A DNA stretch of 64,000 nt from an uncultured Bifidobacteriaceae bacterium (GTDB lineage Bacteria; Bacteroidota; Bacteroidia; Chitinophagales; UBA10324): contig CAZXFT010000005.1 of NCBI GenBank assembly GCA_964640655.1, positions 99,929-163,928 of the forward strand, read 5' to 3'. The notes under the pieces are model-generated. The model saw only the letters and a program-made list of their open reading frames with translations, ran no database searches and was not told the DNA's origin. Below, piece after piece: positions 9,549-19,910 of this stretch; positions within the stretch are counted from its first letter, which is position 1, and every line of letters begins with the position of its first letter. The position numbers and the translations under genes were made by a program.

Positions 9549-10655
9549 TTACCATTCAAAGCCAATACCTGTGGCTACCAACTCTGCATTGGCCCAGTGC
9601 GTTTTAAGATATACTCCACAAAATGCTTTTCGGTTCTGATAATTGATGAAGCGATATTGAGCACCAACTCGCTGATAATTATTACCCCCACTCAAATAAG
9701 GTTGATGTAAGACATAAGCCCAAGCAACTAAAAGACTTACCTGACCAAAAATAAATTCATCCTCCACCATTATCGATGAACCAATTGATTTCATAAATGC
9801 ATTATTTATTGACTCTAATTCCTGATGAACGATGAAATGGTATGCGAAGGAATTATAGTACACATCAGATGCAAGAAACAACTTGTTCCAGCTCGATAAA
9901 TATTTTCCAATAGCAACTTCTGCATTAAACTGAAGATATAAAGGACCATTAGGAAGAAACGACTCAAAACGCGCAGTGCTTGCTTTAACACGTTTTACTA
10001 TATGCTTAGAAGGATAAGATTCCAATTTACCTGTTTTACCGGGTGTTAGAGGCTGATGCGGATTGAAATAATAAACATAACCCATCGACAAAGCTGGGAC
10101 ATTAATACCCAGATTGGGTAAGCGTGCATCGCCGGTTGAATAATGTGTAAATGTGGCTGATGCTGAAAAAGCCCCTCGGCGAAACAATTGTGTTTGATAG
10201 CGCAAGCCAAAATGTGAAATGTTGTTTATCTTACAGGCAATAACATTGTTATCAGGATTTTTTATGACATCATAATGCTTGGAAAGTAATGCCACTCCTG
10301 TAGCTACTCTCAACTGTAACTCACTGTTTTTTGTACGCCATACCGGCAGATGAATAAACGGCATTATGCCATATCCATAACCCAATACATCGTCGTTTCC
10401 AAAACGGCGGGCACTCAAAGCTATACCTCGCTGAGGCAAACGATAGATATGTTGCCAGTGTTTAGAAGTATCCGGTTTGAAAATGAGGTTACACTCTACA
10501 GCCCATGATTTCTTCTCGATATCCGGCTTAAAGCGCTTTGTATGCTTAAATATTTTGCCGTACTGAATATTTACATCCACAGCTTCAGGATTCCATTGAG
10601 CATCAGCACGCTGTATGCTTAACATAAAAAGAAGCAGCAATAATTTATAACGCAT
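9549..10655 (-). CDS. Outer-membrane beta-barrel protein, acyloxyacyl hydrolase (PagL-like) family candidate
   Basis: Signal peptide ending ADAQ, alternating beta-strand pattern, and a C-terminal aromatic residue (..GIGFEW). Family assignment is by resemblance only. Confidence 0.4.
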   Translation of the reverse strand: MRYKLLLLLFMLSIQRADAQWNPEAVDVNIQYGKIFKHTKRFKPDIEKKSWAVECNLIFKPDTSKHWQHIYRLPQRGIALSARRFGNDDVLGYGYGIMPFIHLPVWRTKNSELQLRVATGVALLSKHYDVIKNPDNNVIACKINNISHFGLRYQTQLFRRGAFSASATFTHYSTGDARLPNLGINVPALSMGYVYYFNPHQPLTPGKTGKLESYPSKHIVKRVKASTARFESFLPNGPLYLQFNAEVAIGKYLSSWNKLFLASDVYYNSFAYHFIVHQELESINNAFMKSIGSSIMVEDEFIFGQVSLLVAWAYVLHQPYLSGGNNYQRVGAQYRFINYQNRKAFCGVYLKTHWANAELVATGIGFEW

Positions 10656-10732
10656 TACGACAAACCTACAACAGCCTGTATATAATTGAAAACCCTTTTT
10701 AAGCGTTAGGTGTGATATTTACGCCTGCAAGC

Positions 10733-12187
10733 ATGCTCCGTCATACAACACTTTTGCTCATTTTTTTCACGTGCACTCAATTGCATGCACAAACAATACT
10801 CTATTCCCAACCACAGAGCTTGCCTTATGGCATAAACAATATTGATGTACTGGGATATACCTCGAGCGGTTTGTTGGTTCGCGAGTGGGGAAAAAATGTT
10901 CAGTACATAGAGTGCTTTAAATCCGATATGACTACCCGCTGGAAGAAAGAGCTCATCATCACAGATCGCAACTCAAGGATAGAAGAAGTATTACTGCAGA
11001 ACGATACAATTATTGCCTTATACTCACACTATAGCAAGGGTTATCGGATCCTGAAATTGAATGCATACAGTTCGTCACTGAATATTATTTTAAATGCCCA
11101 AATCATTGATACAATTAATAGTGATTACACTTATGATGATTATGATGTGAAGACCACTACAACCTTTGATCGTGAATATGTAAATACATATTATACCAAA
11201 GCAGACTTCGATCGCAATCAAATTATATATCAAAATGCTTTTACAAATTCATTGAAAATAAAGTCAAAATCATCTACAGCTGTAAACAACATGAAGCAAC
11301 CAGATTTAATAGATGCCGTTGCGCTGGGATTTAATTTTAATGCGTTTGTGATTGGTGAGTTTCAGGCAAAGAACTTTCAGAATGATTTCATCTATAGCTC
11401 ACTGGCTATACTAACCAACAACAATGGTTTGATAGCGCAGCAAAATATTGACGCCAATGGAATGTTATTTGGTGCCCCTTTAATCAAACGCGATGTACTT
11501 AGAAACAAACTCATCATCTGCGGATTATATTCAGATAATCCCGGGGTAAAAGCAACGGGCACATACTATATAAACGTATCAATGGGTGAAGGCTTGATTT
11601 ATCAAATTCAATTTCTTCCCTTTACAGAAGGTTTTATTTCCAATCTTGTTGGTTCACAACAAGTTAAAAAAAATGATGGTGCTACTAATTTTAAACCCAC
11701 TGACTTGCTTGTCAAGAAAGATGGAGGCATCGTATTGATGACCGAGTCACAATGGCGCTCTACAGAATACATTGGTTCTCCAGGAATGGGTGCTTTTGGT
11801 GTGAGTAATTCTATGCTTGTTAATTATTTTCACTACAACGACATCCTGGTTTTTTCTTTGGATTCTACCGGAGCTGCTACATGGCATCAGGTTTTGCGTA
11901 AGCGACAATCCTCTGATAATGATAACGGCTTTTACTTAGGTTTCGGACTGTTTACAGGGGCAAACAACATGTATTTGTTTTACAACGACCGTGTTTTGAA
12001 TCAGCAAACTTTGAGTGCTTACATATTAGAAACCAACGGCACTAACCGTCGTGAAGAAATTTTCGACAACAACAAGAAAAATATTTCACCAATTCCTAAA
12101 ATGTCGAAACAAATCAGTTTGGATGAATTTGTAGTGCCTTCATTCAGGAGAGGTTATTTTCAGTTGATAAAAATTATTCTGTCTTAA
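10733..12187 (+). CDS. Secreted hypothetical protein
   Basis: Start set at ATG 10733, giving signal peptide MLRHTTLLLIFFTCTQLHAQ. No motif recognised. Confidence 0.5.
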   Translation: MLRHTTLLLIFFTCTQLHAQTILYSQPQSLPYGINNIDVLGYTSSGLLVREWGKNVQYIECFKSDMTTRWKKELIITDRNSRIEEVLLQNDTIIALYSHYSKGYRILKLNAYSSSLNIILNAQIIDTINSDYTYDDYDVKTTTTFDREYVNTYYTKADFDRNQIIYQNAFTNSLKIKSKSSTAVNNMKQPDLIDAVALGFNFNAFVIGEFQAKNFQNDFIYSSLAILTNNNGLIAQQNIDANGMLFGAPLIKRDVLRNKLIICGLYSDNPGVKATGTYYINVSMGEGLIYQIQFLPFTEGFISNLVGSQQVKKNDGATNFKPTDLLVKKDGGIVLMTESQWRSTEYIGSPGMGAFGVSNSMLVNYFHYNDILVFSLDSTGAATWHQVLRKRQSSDNDNGFYLGFGLFTGANNMYLFYNDRVLNQQTLSAYILETNGTNRREEIFDNNKKNISPIPKMSKQISLDEFVVPSFRRGYFQLIKIILS

Positions 12188-12190
12188 CCT

Positions 12191-13180
12191 TTGCTAAAGC
12201 TATTCAGAGATAATAATCCTATCTTGTTGCCTGCAACTTTATTGTATGCTGTAATATTAAGATTAGTCATCTTTATTTTCCCTCACGACTCCGATGGCAG
12301 TCAGTGGTTGAATCCATTGAGCGACTTGCTGAATCGATTAATCAGTTTGAGTAATTACCAGCAATTCATTCACGATTTATTATCTGTAATTGTAGTATTT
12401 ACCTCTGGGATAATTATTAACGGTGTAATGAATAGTTTCAAGTTGGTTGAACGTGCAGGTTATATGCCCGCAACCATCTTTATTCTCAGCGCCAGCTTCA
12501 TCAACGAGTTCTGTGAGTTAACACCTGCGTTGTGTGGATTTTTCTTCTTACAGTTTTCTTTCATTACACTCGTAAGAATGTATAAATCAGAAAAAGCAGG
12601 TGGTTACATGTTCAATGGAGGATTTTTTATCGGTGTTGCCTCATTGTTTTATTTGCCTTATCTCTCCTTCATCATTTTTCTTATAGTAGGCCACATACTT
12701 AGTCGACCTTTTGCTATCAGAGAATTGCTTTCGGGCATTCTTGGCATTTTGATACCTCTCTACTTCGCTGGTGTAGTTTACTTCCTTAACGACTCGTTCA
12801 GAGAATATTTATTCAGTCTTGTTGCACTTTACGATATTGAGCAGGTACAACAGGTGCAAGCAACATTAATCCCATTAGGAATTCGATTAGGTTCATTGCT
12901 CCTACTCTTTGGAGTAGCCTCTTTAAGTGTGCGCAGCAACTATAATAAGATGGTGATGCAAAACCGTGTAATCATAACATTGTGTTTTATATTTTTCTTC
13001 AGTGGCGCTTGCAGTACATTGTTCATGCAAGACAATGGAATGTCGCATTTCATCTGGCTTGCGCTTCCATTCACATTCATCGTGTCTATCTTTCTGGCAG
13101 AGTTCCGTAAGCCATGGATGGCTGAGATCCTTCATTTATGCTTACTTTTACTCGTCTTTTACTTTCAATACTTGTATTAA
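12191..13180 (+). CDS. Polytopic membrane protein, unknown function
   Basis: TTG start. 329 aa, almost entirely hydrophobic helices. Confidence 0.45.
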   Translation: MLKLFRDNNPILLPATLLYAVILRLVIFIFPHDSDGSQWLNPLSDLLNRLISLSNYQQFIHDLLSVIVVFTSGIIINGVMNSFKLVERAGYMPATIFILSASFINEFCELTPALCGFFFLQFSFITLVRMYKSEKAGGYMFNGGFFIGVASLFYLPYLSFIIFLIVGHILSRPFAIRELLSGILGILIPLYFAGVVYFLNDSFREYLFSLVALYDIEQVQQVQATLIPLGIRLGSLLLLFGVASLSVRSNYNKMVMQNRVIITLCFIFFFSGACSTLFMQDNGMSHFIWLALPFTFIVSIFLAEFRKPWMAEILHLCLLLLVFYFQYLY

Positions 13181-13184
13181 ACAC

Positions 13185-13901
13185 ATGAAATTTGGCATTG
13201 TAGTTTTCCCCGGGTCCAACTGTGACAGGGATGTTTATCACGTTTTAAAAAATGTATTACACCAGGACACCATTATGCTCTGGCATAATGAAGAATCTTT
13301 GGATAGCTTTTCGAACAATGACTGCATCATTCTTCCGGGAGGTTTTTCTTATGGTGATTACTTACGCAGCGGAGCTATAGCACGTTTTAGTCCCATCATG
13401 AAAGCGATAATTGAATTTGCAAATAATGGTGGTTACGTTTTCGGTATCTGTAATGGCTTTCAAATTTTGTGCGAAGCAGGATTATTACCCGGTGCTTTGT
13501 TGTTAAACAATCATCAAAAGTTTATGTGCAAGAATGTTTGGATTAAACCATCACACCTTAAACATGCCATCACCCAGGATTTAGCCTTTAAACCTTACAA
13601 AATTCCCGTTGCGCATGCTGAGGGCCGCTACTATGCATCTGAAGAGGTATTGGCCGAAATACACAACAACAATCAGATTTTGTTTCAATACTGCAATGAA
13701 CATGCTGAAGTCAATCAAAGCACAAATCCTAATGGCTCTTTAGAAAATATTGCCGGAATTTGTAATCTGCAAGGTAATGTTATTGGTATGATGCCTCATC
13801 CAGAACGCGCCGCTGAATCTATTTTAGGTAATAACGATGGTTTGAACTTTTTTAAGTCATTAATTGCTCATGAAGGTGTTACTGATGTTGCATCTGTTTA
13901 A
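13185..13901 (+). CDS. purQ: Phosphoribosylformylglycinamidine synthase subunit PurQ (glutaminase)
   Basis: Contains MKFGIVVFPGSNCDRD, LPGGFSYGDYLR, the GICNGFQ nucleophile elbow and MPHPER. The track ORF starting at 13002 is an upstream read-through extension. Confidence 0.92.
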   Translation: MKFGIVVFPGSNCDRDVYHVLKNVLHQDTIMLWHNEESLDSFSNNDCIILPGGFSYGDYLRSGAIARFSPIMKAIIEFANNGGYVFGICNGFQILCEAGLLPGALLLNNHQKFMCKNVWIKPSHLKHAITQDLAFKPYKIPVAHAEGRYYASEEVLAEIHNNNQILFQYCNEHAEVNQSTNPNGSLENIAGICNLQGNVIGMMPHPERAAESILGNNDGLNFFKSLIAHEGVTDVASV

Positions 13902-13942
13902 ATTCTAATCCTTAATATTTGCAAAAACTTATTAAATCATAG

Positions 13943-16015
13943 ATGATACAAAGAGCTATTCTGTTATTAATATTTGTTTTGGGTGCTTACTCCGCAAGTG
14001 CACAGATATTAAACCCTGTAAAATGGTCGGTTGAACATAAGCAACTCAGTGGAAATGAATTTGAAATAATTCTCACTGCTAAAATTGACAAGGGATTTCA
14101 CATATTCTCTCAATCATTACCGGAAACTGCCACCCCAATGCCCACGGAGATAGTTTTTGATAAATCAGCTGATTATAAACTGATTGGTAAAACGACTGAG
14201 CATAGCAAACCACACTATATGAAAGATGCCGACGACGTTACGGAACTACGTATGTACGAAGGCAGCGGAGTTTTTAAACAGAAACTATCCTTGAACGGTG
14301 TCTCTGCTAAAGTGAGTGGAACCGTAACCTATATGTGTTGCGACGATCATCAATGCCTTCCGCCGAACGATTACACCTTTGAGGTAACCCTCACGAATTC
14401 CGGAGGCAATAATTCAACGAACAATAACAATGAGGTGAACAACTCTGTGCCTGCAACTGCTCCTGAATCTAATGACTCGGCATCTCAAACCGTTGATAAC
14501 ATTGCTCCTGACACCGCTGTAAATCAAACAGAGACCATAACAACAACTATTAACGACGACCAAAATTTACAAGGCAAAGGACTCTTACAAATTTTTCTCA
14601 TTGGATTCGGCGCGGGACTCATTTCCCTGATTACACCTTGTGTATATTCTATGATACCGCTAACCGTTACATTTTTCACAAAGCAAAGTGGAACACGCAG
14701 CAAAGGAATAACTAATGCTCTGATTTACTCATTCAGCATCATAGCCATATTTGTTTTACTTGGTGTTGCACTTTATGCATTCGGTATTAGTGGCGACAGT
14801 GTCAATGAATTTGCCAGCAATGGCATTTTCAATTTTACATTGTTTCTGTTGTTTGTTGTCTTTGCCATTTCATTTTTTGGTGTGTTTGAAATCACATTAC
14901 CTACATCATGGATTAATAAATCAGAGCAACTTTCAGACAAAGGCGGTTTCATAGGAATATTTTTTATGGCCTTCACCTTAGTATTGGTTTCATTTTCCTG
15001 TACTGCCCCCTTTGTTGGATCGGCATTGGCGCTTATCACACAAGGACATGCCTTAGGACCAATTGTTGGAATGTTTGCATTCTCGTTAGCTCTTGCCTTA
15101 CCTTTTGGCTTGTTTGCTTTCTTTCCGCAAATGCTGCAATCATTACCAAAATCCGGTGGCTGGATGAACGTGGTGAAAGTGACTTTTGCTTTTATTGAGC
15201 TGGCGCTCGCACTAAAGTTTTTATCGAACGTTGACTTGGCCTATCACTGGCATTTATTAGACCGTGAGATTTTCTTGTCACTTTGGATAATCATTTTCGC
15301 ACTTACCGGTATCTATCTGTTGGGCTTTATCCGATTCTCTCATGACTCCGAGGTTAATTATCTCTCTGTGCCCAGATTGTTTTTCTCAATCATAATGCTT
15401 TCGTTTGCTATGTATATGATACCCGGACTTTGGGGTGCTCCATTAAAAGCAATCAGCGCTTTTGCGCCACCTATGGCTACTCAGGATTTTGATTTGAGTC
15501 GCAATCAGTTTTATGGTATCAATGCTTCATCAAAAGTTCAAACGCCTAAGAAATACGACAAGACTTTTCACTGCCCGCATGGACTTGATTGTTATTTCGA
15601 TTATAATGATGCTTTGGAAGCTGCCAAGAAAGAGAACAAACCATTATTTATTGATTTTACAGGTTGGTCTTGTGTAAATTGCCGAAAGATGGAAGCATCT
15701 GTATGGGCTAATGCTGAAGTGTTAAAACGCATGAGAGAAGAATACATTATTGCATCATTATATGTTGACGATAAAACCACTTTACCTGAATCTGAACAGT
15801 ATATATCGTCATTCAGTGGTAAAAAGATAAAAACCTTAGGTAACAAAAACAGTGATTTGCAGGCAAGCAAATACAACTCAAACTCACAGCCTTATTATGT
15901 GCTGCTCGACCACAATGAACAATTATTGAATGTGCCTAGAGGTTATAATGAAGATATCAATGCTTACATAGCCTTTCTCGATAAAGGTCTTGAAGCCTTT
16001 AAGATGGGGAAGTAG
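13943..16015 (+). CDS. dsbD: Thiol:disulfide interchange protein DsbD (DsbD-alpha, membrane core and C-terminal thioredoxin domain)
   Basis: Contains the N-terminal YMCCDDHQCLPP, a membrane core with LITPCVYSMIPL and FSCTAPF, and a C-terminal WSCVNC thioredoxin motif. An Asn/Thr-rich linker joins them. Confidence 0.88.
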   Translation: MIQRAILLLIFVLGAYSASAQILNPVKWSVEHKQLSGNEFEIILTAKIDKGFHIFSQSLPETATPMPTEIVFDKSADYKLIGKTTEHSKPHYMKDADDVTELRMYEGSGVFKQKLSLNGVSAKVSGTVTYMCCDDHQCLPPNDYTFEVTLTNSGGNNSTNNNNEVNNSVPATAPESNDSASQTVDNIAPDTAVNQTETITTTINDDQNLQGKGLLQIFLIGFGAGLISLITPCVYSMIPLTVTFFTKQSGTRSKGITNALIYSFSIIAIFVLLGVALYAFGISGDSVNEFASNGIFNFTLFLLFVVFAISFFGVFEITLPTSWINKSEQLSDKGGFIGIFFMAFTLVLVSFSCTAPFVGSALALITQGHALGPIVGMFAFSLALALPFGLFAFFPQMLQSLPKSGGWMNVVKVTFAFIELALALKFLSNVDLAYHWHLLDREIFLSLWIIIFALTGIYLLGFIRFSHDSEVNYLSVPRLFFSIIMLSFAMYMIPGLWGAPLKAISAFAPPMATQDFDLSRNQFYGINASSKVQTPKKYDKTFHCPHGLDCYFDYNDALEAAKKENKPLFIDFTGWSCVNCRKMEASVWANAEVLKRMREEYIIASLYVDDKTTLPESEQYISSFSGKKIKTLGNKNSDLQASKYNSNSQPYYVLLDHNEQLLNVPRGYNEDINAYIAFLDKGLEAFKMGK

Positions 16016-16083
16016 CCCCTGCTTTTTTCTCGCTCCTATGTAGTAGACAATTCGCTACATTCGCAACTCATTAAATTCAAACA

Positions 16084-18150
16084 ATGAAAAAGATTCTATT
16101 TCCATTAACTCTACTAACCATAATTATGATGAGTGAATCGTGCCAACAACCTGTTCAGGAAACAAAAAAACAGGAACCCATCGATACCTTTAAATATGCC
16201 ACTGAGCAATTTGCCGACTTACGAGTGTTGCGTTATCAGGTTCCAGGATTCGAAGAACTAACCTCAAAACAAAGAGAACTATTATACTATCTGTATGAAG
16301 CAGCACTTTGTGGCCGTGATATGTTCTGGGATCAAAACTGCAAGCACAACCTTACTGTACGTAAGACCTTAGAAACCATTATTGAAACATACAGTGGTGA
16401 TAAAAACAGCGAAGATTATAGTAAATTCATAGTATATGCCAAGCGTGTATTTTTCTCCAGCGGTATTCATCATCATTACTCTACCAACAAAATTCAACCT
16501 GAATTTAGCGCTGAGTTTTTTACTTCATTAATTAAAAACTCAAATGCATCTCTGTTGCCAAAAAGCAATGAAGAAACTATAGATGCGTTTGCACAGCGGG
16601 TTAGTGATATAGTTTGTAATCCTTCAATTGCTCCAAAGCGTGTTAGCCTTGACCCTAAGAACGATTTACTCAAGTCATCTGCGATGAATTATTACGAAGG
16701 GGTTACACAAAAGGAGGCTGAAGGTTTCTACAAATCATTTTTCAAGGAAGATGACAAAACACCGGTGATGTTTGGGTTAAACTCAAAACTGGTAAAAGAG
16801 AATGGTAAGCTGGTTGAGAAAGTTTGGAAAGCAGATGGTATGTACGGTGCTGCCATTACAAAAATTATCGGATGGTTAGAGAAAGCTCAAAATGTAGCCG
16901 AAAACGAACAACAGAAAAAAGTGATAACCGCTTTAATAAAATATTATCAAACAGGCGATTTGGTAGATTTTGATGCTTATAGTATTGAATGGGTAAAGGA
17001 CACTGAATCGCGCATTGATTTTGTCAATGGCTTTATAGAAGTTTATGGCGATCCGCTGGGTAACAAAGCATCATTTGAATCTGTAGTTTCCATTAAGGAC
17101 CTGGAGGCAACCAAACGTATCAAGGCTATTAGTGATAATGCGCAATGGTTTGAAGACAACTCACCTTTAATGCCAGAACACAAAAAGAAGAATGTAAAAG
17201 GTATCTCAGCAAAAGTGATTACAGCTGTTGTTGAAGCCGGCGATGCTGCTCCTTCAACACCCATTGGCGTTAATCTGCCTAATAGCAATTGGATACGCGA
17301 GCAGCATGGTTCCAAGAGTGTGAACATAGGCAACATTGTAAAATCATATAATGAAAGCAGTAAAGGAAGTGGATTACGTGAAGAGTTTTATTTCGATTCA
17401 GTTATGGTGGTACGTGCTGATAAATACGGCTCATTGGCAGCAGACCTTCATACTGATATGCACGAAGTAATCGGTCACGCTTCAGGTCAGTTAAATCCTG
17501 GTATTGCAGATCCGTCAATTACACTAAAAAACTACGCCAGCACTTTAGAAGAAGCCCGAGCTGACCTGGTTGCTTTATATTATGTGTACAATCAAAAATT
17601 GGTTGATATTGGAGTTATGCCTTCGCTCGAAGTTGGTAAAGCAGAGTACGACAACTACATCAACAATGGTTTGATGATTCAACTTACGCGTATTCCCGCT
17701 GAAGAACATCAATTGGAAGAAGCTCATATGCGCAATCGTCAGTTGGTTGCTGCATGGGCTTTTGAAAAAGGATCAAAAGACAATGTGATTGAGAAGAAAG
17801 TAAATAATGGTAAAACATACTTTGTGGTGAATGACTACGATAAGCTGCGTGTGATATTCGGGGATTTGCTTCGCGAGATTCAGCGCATCAAATCGGAAGG
17901 TGATTATCAGTCAGGCCATGATTTGGTTGAAAACTATGGTGTTAAGATTGATGCTGAGCTACACGAAGAAGTATTGGCTCGATTTAAGAAATTGGGATTA
18001 GCTCCATACAAAGGTTTTATACAACCAAAACTAACTCCGGTAATGAACGGTGATAAAATATCAGATGTGAAAATAGAGTATCCTGCAAACTTCCTCGAGC
18101 AGATGCTTTATTATGGTAAGAACTATGCATTCTTACCTGTTAACAATTAA
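16084..18150 (+). CDS. Dipeptidyl-peptidase III (peptidase M49) lipoprotein
   Basis: M49 zinc motifs HEVIGH (HExxGH) and EEARADL (EExRAE/D). Lipoprotein-like signal ending SESC. Confidence 0.85.
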   Translation: MKKILFPLTLLTIIMMSESCQQPVQETKKQEPIDTFKYATEQFADLRVLRYQVPGFEELTSKQRELLYYLYEAALCGRDMFWDQNCKHNLTVRKTLETIIETYSGDKNSEDYSKFIVYAKRVFFSSGIHHHYSTNKIQPEFSAEFFTSLIKNSNASLLPKSNEETIDAFAQRVSDIVCNPSIAPKRVSLDPKNDLLKSSAMNYYEGVTQKEAEGFYKSFFKEDDKTPVMFGLNSKLVKENGKLVEKVWKADGMYGAAITKIIGWLEKAQNVAENEQQKKVITALIKYYQTGDLVDFDAYSIEWVKDTESRIDFVNGFIEVYGDPLGNKASFESVVSIKDLEATKRIKAISDNAQWFEDNSPLMPEHKKKNVKGISAKVITAVVEAGDAAPSTPIGVNLPNSNWIREQHGSKSVNIGNIVKSYNESSKGSGLREEFYFDSVMVVRADKYGSLAADLHTDMHEVIGHASGQLNPGIADPSITLKNYASTLEEARADLVALYYVYNQKLVDIGVMPSLEVGKAEYDNYINNGLMIQLTRIPAEEHQLEEAHMRNRQLVAAWAFEKGSKDNVIEKKVNNGKTYFVVNDYDKLRVIFGDLLREIQRIKSEGDYQSGHDLVENYGVKIDAELHEEVLARFKKLGLAPYKGFIQPKLTPVMNGDKISDVKIEYPANFLEQMLYYGKNYAFLPVNN

Positions 18151-18174
18151 TCATCTCACTATTTATTAGAATAT

Positions 18175-18199
18175 AAAAGCAGGCCTTGGCCTGCTTTTA
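18175..18199. terminator. Bidirectional intrinsic terminator between convergent genes
   Basis: AAAAGCAGGCC..GGCCTGCTTTT GC-rich hairpin flanked by an A-tract and a T-tract, lying between the DPP-III stop and the stop of the minus-strand lipoprotein gene. Confidence 0.7.
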
Positions 18200-18254
18200 T
18201 ATTTAGGCAAATTCAATATCGGATTTTGAATTTGTTCGTTTTTGAGTATCGGTT

Positions 18255-18605
18255 TTATTGAAGTGTATCCACCACCAAAACTGTTCCGCTGATAGGGCAA
18301 TAAGTAGTTTGGTGTTTCAGAGTATCGCCATTTAAAATTATAGCCGCACCAACCCCCTGTGGCGCTCCACTAGTATTCATAACTGCCAACAATACTTCAC
18401 TGTTTTGATTCCCTACAAATGTGTGTGTCCAAGATGAATTGGCGTGTTGCACATTTTTTTCTGTACCGTTTTCATGCCATACCACAAAGCAATCACTACA
18501 AGCAATACGTAAGGTAACATTGCGCTGTGGTTCGGGAGTATCCTCAACTTTCTTCTTACAAGAGAAAAGAATAATCAATACAAAAGCGAAAAGAAAATAT
18601 TTCAT
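18255..18605 (-). CDS. Small lipoprotein, unknown function
   Basis: Lipobox ILFSCKKK. 116 aa. Confidence 0.5.
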   Translation of the reverse strand: MKYFLFAFVLIILFSCKKKVEDTPEPQRNVTLRIACSDCFVVWHENGTEKNVQHANSSWTHTFVGNQNSEVLLAVMNTSGAPQGVGAAIILNGDTLKHQTTYCPISGTVLVVDTLQ

Positions 18606-18653
18606 AAAAAGGAATTTAATTAAAAATACGCTAAAAGAACTCGAATGAGTTAG

Positions 18654-19886
18654 TTATAACTCCAACAGGAGTTTCACCGGATCAGAGCCAACCAGCAACT
18701 GCTCAGGATTTTCGAGCTGTTCTTTTACACGTACAAGAAAACTTACAGACTCACGACCATCAATAATTCTGTGATCGTAGCTCAATGCAAGATACATCAT
18801 AGGTCGAACTACAACTTGACCGTCTATAGCAACAGGACGCTCTTGTATCTTGTGCATTCCCAATATAGCAGACTGCGGAATATTTATAATTGGTGTGGAC
18901 ATCAATGAACCAAAAACACCTCCGTTAGATATTGTAAATGTTCCTCCGCTCATTTCATCAAGAGTTAACTTATTATCACGTCCCTTCTTTGCCAGTTCTG
19001 CCACCTTCATTTCTATCTCTGCCAGAGTCATAGATTCTGCATTCCTAATAACGGGTGTCGTTAATCCTTTGGGTGTAGAAACGGCAATCGAGATATCGCA
19101 ATAGTTATTGTAAACAATTTCCTCGCCGTCTATCATCGCATTTACAGCAGGCCATTCATGTAGAGCATTGCAAACCGCCTTCGCAAAAAAGCCCATAAAA
19201 CCTAAACCAATATTGTGTTTCTTCTGAAAAGATTCTTTGTATTTGGCGCGTATGTCCATGATTGGTTTCATATCCACCTCGTTGAAGGTGGTGAGCATCG
19301 CTGTTTGATTTTTTGCCTGAACTAAATGCTTTGAAATAGTCTTGCGCAATGAAGTCATCTTTTCTCGTTTGGTATCGCGCGTATATGCTTGTGCAGTTTC
19401 TATACTCACTGCTTTATGACCACTCTTAATAGCTTGTATCACATCGGCTTTAGTTACACGACCATCTCGACCGGTGCCATTAACCTGAGTAATGTTTGCT
19501 TCTACCATCATTTTGGTAGCTGAAGGCGACGCAGTACCTGAAGCATAGGTATTTGCAACAGAAACTGTCGCAGCCACTGCAGCAGGTTCAGCTTTTTTCT
19601 CTTCGGCTTTAACCACTTTAACTTCCTTTTGCAGCCCTTCAGGCATTGCTGCATCTGTATCAATTGAGCAAACCACTGTTCCTATTTTAACAACTTCACC
19701 TGCAGGAGTTAATATTTTCAGTCCTCCTGATTTTTCGGCATTTAATTCAAAAGTTGCTTTATCTGATTCTAGCTCGCACAACACTTCATCTTGTTGTACG
19801 TAATCTCCTTCTTTCTTCAGCCATCGGCTCAGTGTTACTTCGTTGATGGATTCTCCTACTGTTGGAACTTTAATTTCAAGTATCAT
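18654..19886 (-). CDS. sucB: 2-oxoglutarate dehydrogenase E2, dihydrolipoyllysine-residue succinyltransferase
   Basis: Lipoyl domain with [13 protein letters not shown]. Catalytic C-terminus reads [14 protein letters not shown]. Sits directly downstream of sucA. Confidence 0.93.
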   Translation of the reverse strand: MILEIKVPTVGESINEVTLSRWLKKEGDYVQQDEVLCELESDKATFELNAEKSGGLKILTPAGEVVKIGTVVCSIDTDAAMPEGLQKEVKVVKAEEKKAEPAAVAATVSVANTYASGTASPSATKMMVEANITQVNGTGRDGRVTKADVIQAIKSGHKAVSIETAQAYTRDTKREKMTSLRKTISKHLVQAKNQTAMLTTFNEVDMKPIMDIRAKYKESFQKKHNIGLGFMGFFAKAVCNALHEWPAVNAMIDGEEIVYNNYCDISIAVSTPKGLTTPVIRNAESMTLAEIEMKVAELAKKGRDNKLTLDEMSGGTFTISNGGVFGSLMSTPIINIPQSAILGMHKIQERPVAIDGQVVVRPMMYLALSYDHRIIDGRESVSFLVRVKEQLENPEQLLVGSDPVKLLLEL

Positions 19887-19910
19887 CGTATGGTATTCTG
19901 CTTTATGTTT

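Noticed and set aside
13002-13184. N-terminal extensions of track ORFs (13002 purQ, 27635 cysN, 36527 prolyl oligopeptidase, 836 asparaginase-like, 6280 aminotransferase, 31218 and 33276 secreted proteins, 10712).
   Set aside because: The extensions overlap upstream genes, terminators or promoter boxes, and precede internal Met codons that yield canonical N-termini or signal peptides. Starts were moved accordingly.
16003-16029. GGGG-AAGTAG-CCCC hairpin plus TGCTTTTTT after dsbD, considered as an intrinsic terminator.
   Set aside because: The stem is only 4 bp and overlaps the stop codon. It is too weak to call and may still contribute to termination.
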